Assembly (NCBI RefSeq): GCF_035594765.1
Contig: NC_085844.1
Location: 237,538,107 to 237,602,106, forward strand
Source: Anolis carolinensis
Lineage: Eukaryota
Reading direction: 5' to 3'
DNA length: 64,000 nt
The notes under the pieces were generated by a model. That model was not told the origin of the DNA and did no database searches. It saw only the letters and a program-made list of their open reading frames with translations. The position numbers and the translations under genes are program-made. How positions within the stretch are numbered: the stretch's first letter is position 1; every line of letters begins with the position of its first letter. Below are positions 13,162 to 25,200 of the stretch, one piece after another.

Positions 13162-13795
13162 CCAACCCTGTTATATGCCAGTGAAATGAGGACCACCTAC
13201 AGACTTCAGACTCAACTTCTGGAATGATTCCACCAGTGTTGCCTCCGAAAAATCCTGCAAATATCTTGGGAAGACAGGCAGACAAATGTCAGCATTCTGG
13301 AAGAAGCAAAAACCACCAGCATTGAAGTGATGATCCTCCACCATCAACTCCTCTGGACTGGCCACATTGTCCAAATGCCCGATCACCGTCTCCCAAAGCA
13401 GTTACTCTACCCTCAACTCAAGAATGGTAAACAGAACATTGATGGTCAGCAAAGGAGATTTAAAGATGGGCTTAAAGCTAACCTTAAAAACTGTGGCATA
13501 GACACCAAGAACTGGGAAGCCCTGGCCCTTGAGCATTCAAACTGGAGGTCAGCTGTTATCAACAGTGCTGTGGAATTCAAAGTGGAACAAATGGATGGCA
13601 AAAGGGAGAAACGCGTCAAGAGGAAGCTGCACCAAGCCAACCCTTGTCAGGACCACCTTTTATCTGGAAACAATGTCCTCACTGTGGAAGAACATGTGGA
13701 TCAAAAACTGGTCAGAACGGTCACCTACAGACCCACCACCAAGATCCTAGATTTGGAAGGCAATTATGGCCATGGGTGAAAGCCTATGATGATGA
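13162..13795 (+). pseudogene. RTE-clade LINE 3' fragment (decayed ORF C-terminus)
   Basis: QLLWTGHIVQMPDHRLPKQLLY..G.QRRFKD.LK..LK matches the RTE C-terminal domain; frameshifted C2H2 finger CPHCGRTC..HLQTH; (GAT)n tail. Confidence 0.88.
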
Positions 13796-16424
13796 CAGAA
13801 GCATATCCTCCAATATTTCAGAGCTGAAAACCAGGACATATGTAGACAAGCAACATCAGAGTGAGGTTAGGATGGCAAAATAAAATAATGAGGAGGAACA
13901 GACAAGTTAAGAGAGACTACAGAAGTTTGCTTTTAACTAAGTCTACAGAGAAAGGCAAAATTCTCTGCCTTCCAGTTCTCTCTCCCAGATGTGTTAATTG
14001 AGCTCAAACTACTTTTGCACTCTGCATTCAATTTGAAATAAGCTGAGTACAAAGGAAATGAAAAAAAGTGGTGGTAGAAGTTGAAACTGAAGAAGTGGGA
14101 TGATGCAGGATTCATTAGGATGGGTCCTGCCAAACCACGACAGTTTTGTGACATGTTGATACCACTTGAATATAATGCACATATTTAAAATCATGAGCAC
14201 AATATCACTTTTCACCCCTCTGCTACCTTATCCTGCTCTGGTCCAGTGGGAATAAGCACCTCCTAAGCTGAGTGGCCTGTTCTAAACCAAGTAATATTGG
14301 AATTAATCTAAGGTTTTGAAGAAACCTCTTTATCACAAAGAAGATGGCCTTCCTTATCTCAGCCATGCTAACTTGGGCATGATGGTTGTTATAGTACCAC
14401 ACTTCTGGAAAGCTGGGAAGATCATGAAAATGGGGCTGGATCTGTGTATAAACAAAAGACCACCTTCAGCTTTTCCTTGCAGTTATTAATAACAATCCTT
14501 GCTATTTCTAGAACCATGCCAGTCTTGGCTCAGTGGTGCATATTTTATTAAACTCTTTAAAGTATTTAGCAGCTGTGATGGTGCCAGATGCCATAGTAAA
14601 TAAATGATGTCTCCTGTTGGAGGAGTAAGAAGTGTGAATCTACCATAGTTTGTATTAAATTTCTAGGACCGGGAAAACATTTTGTTTCTGTTATCTTGGA
14701 ATTCAGGTTAGGGTATGGTCTGTATCTACCCAACTTAAGTCCTGATTTGGGAGTTTTAGAGGGCATTTGAAGGGGTGGTCATTGTGCCACCCCTTCAAAA
14801 AGAAAGATGTGTTATATACCCTTGGATTTACTGTGAATTAGGAATGTTAGTCTTGAATCAGTTCATCCTTGTGCAGTGAAAAATAAAATAAAGGAACAGA
14901 TTTCTCTCTATCGCATAATGGTCGATGTTTTTCTTTTCTTTGCATATCCCTCCCCCCCCCCAGTTTATATAAAAATAGGAAATTTATAGCTGTGACACCT
15001 GGGGCCTTGTTTCATGGACCATTAAAATATAATAGCATTGTGTGGATTGCTTACATGTTTAAGAATTGTCCTTCCGTGCTTGTTGTGTATCTGTTCTTAG
15101 CTTCATAAAGGGAGAAAATATTAGTCTTGTACAGTGAGGGGTTTTGTACAAACTGCAGAAAGCATGACAAGAAAGAAACAGTCTTCATTTTTATGCTGAA
15201 GGCAAAAACTCTAGCAAGAAATAGTACCTGCTTCCTTAGGTACTATTGCTTAGGTACTATTGCTCGCATATCAGTGGAGTGATTAATCTTCTCCAGGTTG
15301 TAGTACGAACCTATCCATGGTGCTGAACCTATTCCCAACATATGTTTTGCACCATAGATAACACCTGTGAAGTCTGGACTGAAACCCAGAGCTGACCCAG
15401 TCCTTGCTACTCATGGATCTGGATAGCCAAATTCTTTCCATATGGTGATGTTTGTTTTTAAATAAATGTGCTGTCAATCAGTGACTGCATGTCTACTTGG
15501 GCTTATGTTAAAGGGCAAATGCAAACAGTGGCTATTTCATTATAACATGGTAAAGTTTATTATCTAGTTAGACCTTGAAGTTGAATTAAAGTTCAGTGGC
15601 GTTCTGGTGGAGGAGCTACACCTTTTCTTTAGGGGGTAGAGACATTTCTGTGCCCAAATACAATAAAATGCACAGGAAAAATAGAAGTTGAAGGGGTATT
15701 TGTTCTGGGCCCCCACATTTTTGGAGCTCCCCTAAGAATTGTGTTGCTTCCTTCACTTCATAGTATCCCCTAAAGGCCCCAAATTCTGTAAGATCTTGGA
15801 AGCTCTCTGGGTAGTAATTGGATGGGAGAACACCACTAGATATCAGGTGCTCTAGGCTAGATTTCAGATGAAGGAACTGGCAACACCATCCCTATTCCTT
15901 GCCTTGTTGTTGTTGTTGTTTTCATTGATACCTTCCTTTTTTTTCCTCTGGATCAAGGCCCAAATCTGTTAAGAAAACCCTATGAAATTCAAGGGGTCAC
16001 TATAAGTCAACAGATAATTTGAAGATACATGCACACACATTCCAACTCTTTGCTGTTTTGCTACTGTTTCACTTTAAAATAAATCTATAGATATCGGGTT
16101 TTAAGAAGCTGGCTTACAAATTTTTAACGTAACGATACAAAAAAGGGGGGAGTAGTTGCTACTGGTGACAGAGTGAGCTGCCATGTTCCAATTTCTCAAA
16201 ATTGAGCATTTGATTTGCGTATTATGCAAATTATTCTAATTATACAAATTACTCTAATTTGCATTCTAATTCTGCATTCTAATTAGGAACATTAATTGTT
16301 GCTTTTTCTCCTCCTATGGGCTGCCTTACTTTTTTTTGATAAAAATAGGGAAATCTAATTTGAGAATAGAGTAATGCTTAAAGTTCTGGAATTAGAACTA
16401 GTAGACTCATGGCTTCAAACCATG

Positions 16425-16685
16425 AGAACAATGGCTTCAAACTACAGAAAAGGAGATTCCACCTGAACATCAGGAAAAACTTCCTCACTGTGAGAGCTGT
16501 TCGGCAGTAGAACTCTCTCCCCTGGACTGTGGTGGAGGCTCCTTCTTTGGAGGCTTTTAAGCAGAGGCTGGATGGCCATCTGTAGGGGGTGCTTTGAATG
16601 CGATTCCTGCTTCTTGGCAGGGGGTTGGACTGGATGGCCCATGAGGTCTCTTCCAACTCTATTATTCTATGATTCTATGATTCTA
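16425..16685 (+). mobile_element. CR1 LINE 3' fragment
   Basis: Same sequence as 4880-5135; ends in an (ATTCTATG)n tail. Confidence 0.9.
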
Positions 16686-17254
16686 AGTCAACTTTTTGTT
16701 TAATCATAGAATTTATCACATGCCCTTTAGCAATAATTATCTTTTATCAAATCTATCATACAGAGTTGTTGTGTTGATTAATAACAATAAGATATCATTT
16801 CAATTTGGCCAATCCAGTGGGGCAGATGACTTTCACATATACACCTTAATGCCACTCTTGTCCTTCTCCTTTCTATAGTCTTTCCATTGTCATTATTGTT
16901 TTACTTCCCTGATAGCTTACACTATGGAAATAAATGCAAATATAAAAAATGTAACTGTAAATTCATGTTTAACAAATGCAAAGATATAAGTAAATGCCTA
17001 ATAAATGCAATTATATAAATCTCTTATGAACACTTACTCAGATTAAGGATTCATTTAATTTAGCAGAAGATACATACAAATGTTCATAGTATCCCTAAGG
17101 CAAACAAAAGTAGAGTTCTTTAAAAAGGGCTATTTTGTTTCTTCATCATTGAATCCACTTCCCTAAAATCTGAATATTCACATCAAGCACTTAATGGAGA
17201 TCTATTGACCACCTTCCTTTCTATGCTCAAGAATGCATCAGAATAGCACTCCTA

Positions 17255-17585
17255 AGTAAAGGTAAAGGTTTCCCCTGACGTTAAGTCCAGTCATGACCAA
17301 CTCTGGGGGGTTGGTGCTCATCTCCATTTCTAAGCCGAAGAGCCGGCATTGTTCGTAGACACCTCCAAGGTCATGTGGCCGGCATGACTGCATGGAGCAC
17401 CATTACCTTCCAGCCGGAGCAGTATCTATTGATCTACTCACATTGGCATGTCTTCGAACTGCTAGGTTGGCAGGAGCCGGAGCTAATAGCGGCCGCTCAT
17501 GCTGCTCCCGGGGTTTGAACCTGGGACCTTTCGGTCTGCAAGTTCAGCAGCTCAGCGCTATAACGCACTTCGCCACCGGGGCTCC
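17255..17585 (-). mobile_element. Sauria SINE
   Basis: Full-length copy; flanking actcctaa direct repeat. Confidence 0.92.
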
Positions 17586-18047
17586 TCAACTGTACTCCTA
17601 ACTTCCTCCTAATGTCCCATGTGTGAACCCATCTTCCCTTTCCTTCTTTCTATTAACTTAATTCCCCATTTCTCTTTCTTTCCTCACTTCACCTTGCATT
17701 CTTACAATGCTGCTCTCTTGATTCTTGCAATCTGCCCCTTGTACTATTTCACTCCCTTACCTCTTGCTTCCTCCCATGCCACAGCTCATGCCTCTGCAAT
17801 CACGTGCTTCTTGCTACTCACTTGCCCCTTTCTCCTATTCCCTCTTCCACTTCACCTTGCACCTGAAAGGGTGATTTGTTTCTTGTAGAATCATTGGGCA
17901 CTTCCCCCCCTTATCTTGGCTCTTGGAATAAAAGCTTAGGAACTAGACCAAGATGATGGTCCAAACTATTACAGGACCTCAAACAAAACATGGCTAAATA
18001 GAGATATGGCAACCCTAAAATTTGGGGATTCCACATTTTATGTAGTA

Positions 18048-19214
18048 CTAGCTTGGGGACCCGGCGGTGCCCGGGTCATTTGAGAAAGGCATTGTTTGCC
18101 TGTGTTCCAAGTGTAGCGTATATCCAATGTCAGGTGGGTTCAGTGGGTGCGGGTGAGCTACAACTCCCATATGCAAGTGCCATCGTCAAGTGTCCATCCC
18201 TCTCCAAACAGAGCCAGTATGTAGAGTAGGTCATGGGGGCTCCTTGTGCCATGTTTGGTCTTGATCAGTCATTTGTGTGGGTCGCGGTGCTGTCAGGAAG
18301 TGAGTGAAGGTATTGGAATTGCCATCGTCCATGGTCCATCATCCTCCAAACTGCACCTGGGTGTAGAGTGAGTCCTGGGTGTTGTCTGTGTCAAGTTTGG
18401 TCTGGGGGTGACAGTGGTCTTGGGAAGTGAGTGAACATACTGTAAGTCCCATCATGCAAGGTCCAAGCTCTTTCAAACCTCACCAAGATGTAGAGTGGGC
18501 CATGGTGGCTCTATGTGCCAAGTTTGGTCTTGATCAGTCATTGGTGGGGGTCACAGTAGTCCCAGGAAGTGAGTGAAGATAGTGGAAGTCCCATCATCCA
18601 CGGTCCCTCCTCCCCCAAACTGCACCAGGATGTAAAGTGGGCTACCCTGCACATGCGTGTCAAGTTTGATACAGTTTTGTCATTGATGGACATCACAGTG
18701 GTTTGTGGGAGGTGAATTGGATGAAGGCACTGCAAATCCCATAATCCTTGGTCCATCCTCCGTCAAACTGCTGCAGCATGTGAAGTGTGTCATTTGGGAT
18801 ATGTGTGCCTGGTTTGGTTCAGTTCTGTGATTTGTGGCAGTTGCTGTGGTCTCAAGAAGTGAGGGAAGGTACTGCAAATTCCATCATCCTTGGTCCATCC
18901 TGCCCTAATATACATCAGGGCGTAAAGGGGGCCACAGGGGTTCTGTGTGCCAAGTTTGGTCCATTTCCATCATTGGTGGGCATTGCAGTAGTCTGTGGGA
19001 GTGAAAGTGTTTGAAAGTACTGCAAATCCCATCCTCCATGGCCCATCATCCCCCAAATGGCACCAGGTCATAAAATGGGTTATAGGGGTTATGTGTGCCA
19101 AGTTTGGGCCAGGTCTGTCATTCCTGGCGGTCACAGTGGCCTGTGAAAGTGGCGGCCAATCAGAAAGCTGCCACATACTCGCAAACAAACATTGACTTTT
19201 ATTATATATATAGA
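18048..19214 (-). mobile_element. Non-autonomous Helitron with an internal ~145-bp tandem array
   Basis: The minus strand begins TCTATATATATAATAAAAG and ends in hairpin GACCCGG-gcaccg-CCGGGTC then CTAG|T. About 7 diverged units (ccaagtttgg near 18249, 18391, 18518, 18661, 18808, 18950, 19098). The right boundary may be 19224. Confidence 0.8.
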
Positions 19215-20029
19215 TAGATATAGATGTTACAGTTCTGGATTAATACTACAGATAATTTAAAAACCGCTTGATATTAACAGGTTTTGAATGGTGTAAATTC
19301 AGCTGTATAATACCTATCCAATACAAACTACAGGCTCCACACTATATTTATTATTGATATATCATATTTTTAGAGTCCCTTGTAGATTTGGAATGAAACT
19401 AGGCTAAAAGTTAGAATCCGTAGAATATGCATATAGGCCGGTGCATGTGGCAGCCACATAACAGCTAAATAATTAACAAAATTTGACTCTTGGTGTGTGT
19501 TTGTGGTGATGGTTGTGGGGAGTGGTTTCAAGTGATGGTATTCTTAGTTCAAGTACACCCCCCATCCCATATGTATTGAAATAAAAAGTTTGGTCACATG
19601 TTTAATAACTAAAACAACATTTTCAGCCATCAACAGTTAAATTTGAACAATGTATTAGACGGTTGATGTGTACTTATGAATCTGTGAAAACTGTCATTCA
19701 TTTAAAATTAAACCTCTCTCGACATTTCTTAAAAGTGTGAACAGAAGATCCACAACCTGCTTGTATTTGCAAAAGAAGACATAATCGTTATACATTGCTT
19801 AATTTGATGAGGTGGCACTTTTTAACACTCTAACTCCTAGAATTCTCCCAACCTGCATCGGAAATACAATGGAGATCAGTTGTTTTAGGGGTGGGGAACC
19901 TGTGGTTTTCCAGGTGTTTCTGAATGGGAATTCCCTATATCTTTCTGCATTGGGTATGTTGACTACACTTGAAGGGAGTTGCAGTACAACAACCTTTATG
20001 GGGTCACAAGTTCATCATCAATTAGATTA

Positions 20030-21010
20030 TTTTTTCAAAAAAATATTTTTATTTAAACATACAGAAACACAAGAAAGGAAGTCCAGACTTACAAAACAAG
20101 AAAAGATGAATTAAAAGTAACAAAAAGAGCAAAGCAAAAACTACCATCATAAAATACCAGAAACCAAAACAATTTTCCTTCTGTATAAAACAAAACTACA
20201 ACTACTAACACACCTTTATCTACAATATATAACCTATACACATTATAAAAAGATTTCTATTAAAACTACTACTAAAACTATTCTACGAGCCTCCGACCCG
20301 TTGCCTGATGATTTTAAGTATTTATTTATTACTTGCTTTAAATATAACTGTATTTCTACTCTTCTATTTTTGATATCATTTTTCTAAATAAAAAAGCCAA
20401 AAATTAAATATTGTCCCCATCTTAGCTTAAAAAAATAGGTAATACTGCAAATGGATCCCAGTCTTATTAAATTTAATCAAAGATTTCTCCTTGATCAAGA
20501 TTTTCAGATTTGTTCACGTGTCTTCCTCAGCATTTTTCTTGCATCAGGATGTTTTCCATGTCTAGGCATAAATAATCCTTGCTACAGTTTTCATATACCA
20601 CATTTCTTCAGCATCTCCAACAAATACAGTTCTGGTTTCAGTTTTTAGCCTTTGTCCATATCCATTTCCTCTTGTCGAGTTGGGTCTATATTCCTTTCAT
20701 CATCCTTTGTTGTTTCATCCTCTTGTCTTCAGTTATATTCTTGATAGGTCTCAGCTTCTATCTTCCCCTTTTCTCTTGTTTTGGAAAGAATATTGAAAAG
20801 AGTAGGTAGAAGGGTCTGATGAAAGAGCGAGTTTTAAAAGGAAATTAACTATAAGCTTATTAGCAGAAATGCTAGCAGTTTCTAAGGACAATTGTTTCTC
20901 AGACAACATCAGGAGGCTCCTTTTAGATCGAGGCACAGAGGCAGTGCCTTGTGAGTCCAATTGTAGCCCCCTTCCCTTTATTAGAACTAATGGTGGCCCC
21001 ACTCTATGGT
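20030..21010 (-). mobile_element. L1-derived fragment (ORF2 C-terminus, 3'UTR and A-rich tail)
   Basis: The minus strand encodes YMKTVARIIYA*TWK and ..KDWDPF-like L1 ORF2 terminal motifs, then a T-rich 3'UTR, AATAAA and an A-tail near 20030. Confidence 0.55.
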
Positions 21011-21095
21011 GATGCTACTCAAGGTGTTGGTCCATGGAGTGTTGGTCCATGATTCAGAAAAGAAATTGTTGCAGCTAATGGGCATGAATATGATA

Positions 21096-21213
21096 GGTAA
21101 AGGTTTTCCCCTGACATTAAGTCTAGTCATGGCCAACTCGGGGTTGGTGCTCATCTCCATTTCTAAGCTGAAGAGCCAGCAAAGGTAATGGAGTGCCGTT
21201 ACCTTACCACCAC
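21096..21213 (-). mobile_element. Truncated, internally deleted Sauria SINE-like fragment
   Basis: aggtaaaggttttcccctgacattaagtc..ggtgctcatctccatttctaagc tail portion only. Confidence 0.75.
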
Positions 21214-21256
21214 AGCTTTCCATCAATGTCAACACTTAATTTTAAAGGAGATATCC

Positions 21257-22230
21257 TGTCAGGACCCAGGCTGCAAGGCACCAATAACCATACACAGAGG
21301 CCAGAATCTATCTAATATCTTTATTGAAGGAATATATAAAGTTAATAAAAACAAGTGTAGAAAATAGTCCAGAATTAGACCTTTCAGGAAAGGTCAAAAT
21401 TAGTCCAAAAAAGCAATGTCCAATATGAAATATTAAGGTCCAAAGTTGTAATCCAATAACCGAAACACTCACTTTGCCAGGCAAAGTGAGGGGAGATGGC
21501 AAGGTCCTTTAGTCCATGAACTTGAGCAAGGCTAGGAAATAACTTGATACTTGAAACAAGGCTTGAATCGTGGAACAAGGTAGCAAGGAACAAGAACAAG
21601 GTCCGTGGAATAACTTGGTAAAATCCGTGAAACAAGGCAAGGTTTAGTCCTGGGAAACAAGGCAAGGTCCGTAGGTAAACAAAGGCTGGGAAACAGGAGC
21701 GAAGGCTGGAAACAAGGACAAGGCTTGAGCAGGAACGAGGCTTGAAACGGAGCGCGCTGTCCAGACACAACTCGCTCCGGAGGCTGACGAATTGACTCCG
21801 CAAAGTTACTTCGCGGGTAAAACACCTATATAGAGTCTAACTTTCCCGCCGAAGCAGTTCTCTGGGAACCAGAAACGAAAGCTAAACTCTGAGGCCAGAT
21901 GTTTGACTCCTTAAAGATTCTCACGAAAAGCAGGCTTAATTGGCTAAATTCTTAGCTGTTATTCTAGCACTCCTGCGCGAGGCTGCTTCCAAACCTCTCT
22001 GTTGTTTACAAAATTCATGGCGAGAGAACACAGGAGATGTAGGCTCAGGGTTTGTTTGACATACTTCTGGGACACAACTTTCTTGCAGGTGCAAGGTTCC
22101 CAGATCTGCCTGGGAAAGATCTTGCTGAGAAGATTCCAGTTCTGACTGGGAAGGTAAAAAACCCAAGTTTTCTTCTTCATCAGGCATCACAATGTCATGA
22201 GCAGGACTACAAGGCCCATGAGTCATCACA
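21257..22230 (-). repeat. 3' LTR (974 bp)
   Basis: Direct repeat of 26711-27684; minus strand TGTGATGAC...CCTGACA; preceded by the PPT. Confidence 0.98.
21320..21325 (-). terminator. LTR polyadenylation signal AATAAA
   Basis: Plus-strand tttatt about 65 nt from the LTR end, followed on the minus strand by GT-rich sequence. Confidence 0.7.
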
Positions 22231-25200
22231 CTATCCCCCTCCTCAAGCCCCCTCCCAAACTGGGACTCTCTCCCCAAGGCGCGAGGTCGTGGCTTGGCGG
22301 GATAGGTCTGATGAAAGCGACGGGTTAGATCAGGAGCATGGACTGTGGAGGCGTCTTCCCAAGAGCGTTCCTCAGGGCCAAAACCCACCCAGTCAATGAG
22401 ATATTGCAGGCGGCGGCGGTGAAAGCGAGAATCCAAAATGTCCTCAACCTCGAACTCCTCCTCCCCATTCATCAAAACAGGAGGGGGGGCCGGTTGGTCT
22501 GTATCAGGACGCACACCATCCGCCGGAAGGAGCAGGGAGCGGTGAAACACTGGGTGAATGCGCATTGAACGCGGAAGTTGGAGTTTGAAAGTCACGGGGT
22601 TTAATTGCGCCACCACAGGATAGGGGCCAATGAAACGGGCATCTAACTTCCGGCAAGGGCGATGGGAGGGCAAAAAGCGAGTGGACAGAAAAACCCGATC
22701 TCCTACCTTGATTTCGGGGCCCGGTTGGCGATGTTTGTCCGCGTGACGTTTATAGTCCTCCTTGGCTTGGTCTAGTTGTTGGAGCAAAAGTTGTTGCACC
22801 GCTGTGAGTTCCTGCAGCCAATCCTCTGCTGCGGGGACTTCTGAAGTTTCAATGACAGGGGGAAAGAAACGTGGATGGAAGCCGTAGTTTGCAAAGAACG
22901 GCGTTTCTTTTGTAGAAGCCTGGACTCCATTGTTGTAGGCAAACTCTGACAGTGGTAATAGAGAAGCCCAATTATCCTGTTGGTAGTTTACATAACAGCG
23001 AAGGTACTGTTCCAAAGTGGCATTGGTGCGCTCCGTTTGCCCATCTGTTTGAGGATGATGAGCTGAAGATAAACGAGAGTCTATGCCCAATAGTTTTTGT
23101 AGTGCCTTCCAGAAACGAGAGGTGAATTGAGATCCACGGTCTGTGACCAGACTCTTGGGCAATCCATGTAATCTGAAAACATGTTGGAGGAATAGATCTG
23201 CCGTCTCTTTGGCCGTGGGAAGGCCTTCACAGGGAATGAAATGGGCTAACTTGGTGAAAAGGTCCACCACCACTAGGATCGTGGTGAATCCACAGGAAGG
23301 TGGTAAGTCAGTGATAAAATCCGCAGAGATTATTTCCCATGGGCGAGATGGAGTAGGAAGGGGATGCAGAAGCCCTGAGGGCTTCTCCCGTCTTGTCTTG
23401 GAGCGCTGGCATACTGGGCAGGTGTTGACATATTTTTCCACATCCTTGCGGATCTTGGGCCACCAGAAATCTCTTAGGATCAAATGCATGGTTTTAAATA
23501 GTCCGAAATGCCCTGCTGGCTTGCAGTCATGACACAGACGAAGTGCTTTTTCCCTGCCCTGCCCTGGTGGGATATAAACATGATTTCTATAGCAAAGCAG
23601 TCCATCCTTAAGTGAGAAGGGAAATTGCAATCCTTGACGGAGTTGGTCTTGCGCCCAGGCATCTGCTTGCTGACTAGCCCTGATTTCTTGAGCACAGAGG
23701 GGTCCAAGAGTAGGAGAAGTTGAATCAATGAGAGTGGATTTGGTGTTCCCCACTGTGAGCGTGGCAAAGTTCTCGGGTTGTAATAGTTGGGATTCAAAGG
23801 TCTCCTTGCGTCCTGCAGCGTATTCCGGTTTACGTGACAGGGCGTCTGCTTGCTTGGTTTGAGCTGGGGTTACATAATGAATCTGGAAGTTAAAACGTTC
23901 AAAGAATAAAGCCCAACGTTGTTGCCTCTGATTTAGTTTGCGGGCGGTTCTTAGATGCTCTAGATTCCGATGATCAGTATGGACTTCAATGGGAAATTTG
24001 GCCCCTTCTAGCCAATGTCTCCAAGTTTCAAAGGCTGCCTTTATGGCCAATAGTTCCTTTTCCCAGATGGTGTAATTTCTCTCTGGTGCTGTTAGTTGAC
24101 GGGAATAAAAGGCACAAGGATGAAGGTGATCTCCCACCGGTTGTAGGAGTACAGCCCCAATTGCCACATCAGAGGCGTCTGCTTGCACAACAAAAAGGGT
24201 TTCAGGATCTGGGTGCTGAAGAATTGGCTGGGACGTGAATAATTTCTTTAGTTGCTGGAACCCTTTCTCTGCTTGATCTGTCCAGCGGAAGGGCTGTTTC
24301 CCACGGATGCAGCTGGTGATTGGGTCAGACCAGCGGGCAAAATCTGGAATGAACTTGCGGTAATAGTTCGCGAACCCCAAGAAACGCTGCACCTCTTTCT
24401 TGTTGGTTGGCGCCCGCCATTCCAATACTGCTGAAACCTTTGCCGGGTCCATGGAGAGCCCTAGAGGCGAGATGCGGTACCCCAGGAAATCTACCTCTTG
24501 TAGATCAAAAGCGCATTTTTCCAGCTTGGCATAGAGCCCATGATCCCGCAATCGTTGTAACACCATTTTGACGTGGTTCTCATGCTCTGATTGTGATCTA
24601 GAAAACACCAAAAAATCGTCGAGGTAGATTATCAAGAACCGATCTAGATAATCCTGAAAGATGTCATTGACAAAATGCTGGAACGTTGCGGGAGCTCCGC
24701 ATAATCCATAATTCATAACTCGGGACTCAAATAATCCGAATTTAGTCTGGAAGGCGGTCTTCCACTCGTCCCCTTCTCTGATGCGAACTAGATTATAAGC
24801 CCCCCGAAGATCCAGCTTGGTGTAGACCTTGGCTCCTCGGAGTCGGTCTAGAAGGTCCGAGATTAAAGGCAGGGGATAGCTGTTTCGCTTTGTGATATTG
24901 TTCAATGCTCTATAGTCCACCACCAAGCGTAAGTCTCCTGACTTCTTTTTCACAAACATCACCGGGGAGGCGGCTGGGGATTGAGAGGGTCTGATGAATC
25001 CCTTGCGAAGGTTTGTCTCTATGAACTCCCTGAGAGCTTCTTGCTCCGGTTCAGTCAGGGAGTAGAGATGCCCTCGCGGGATCGGGGCCCCCTCCACCAA
25101 GTCAATGGCACAGTCATAAGGTCTATGTGGGGGTAGTCTCTCGGCTTCTTTTTCATTGAATACATCCCAATACTCGGAGTACTTCTTTGGCAAGGTGATA

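Noticed and set aside
18130-19140. Regularly spaced repeats resembling a CRISPR array
   Set aside because: Whole units are homologous with no unique spacers, the context is eukaryotic, there are no cas genes, and the array is bounded by Helitron termini.
21370-21500. LTR hairpins as a hammerhead or other ribozyme
   Set aside because: No correctly arranged CUGANGA/GAAA core on either strand.
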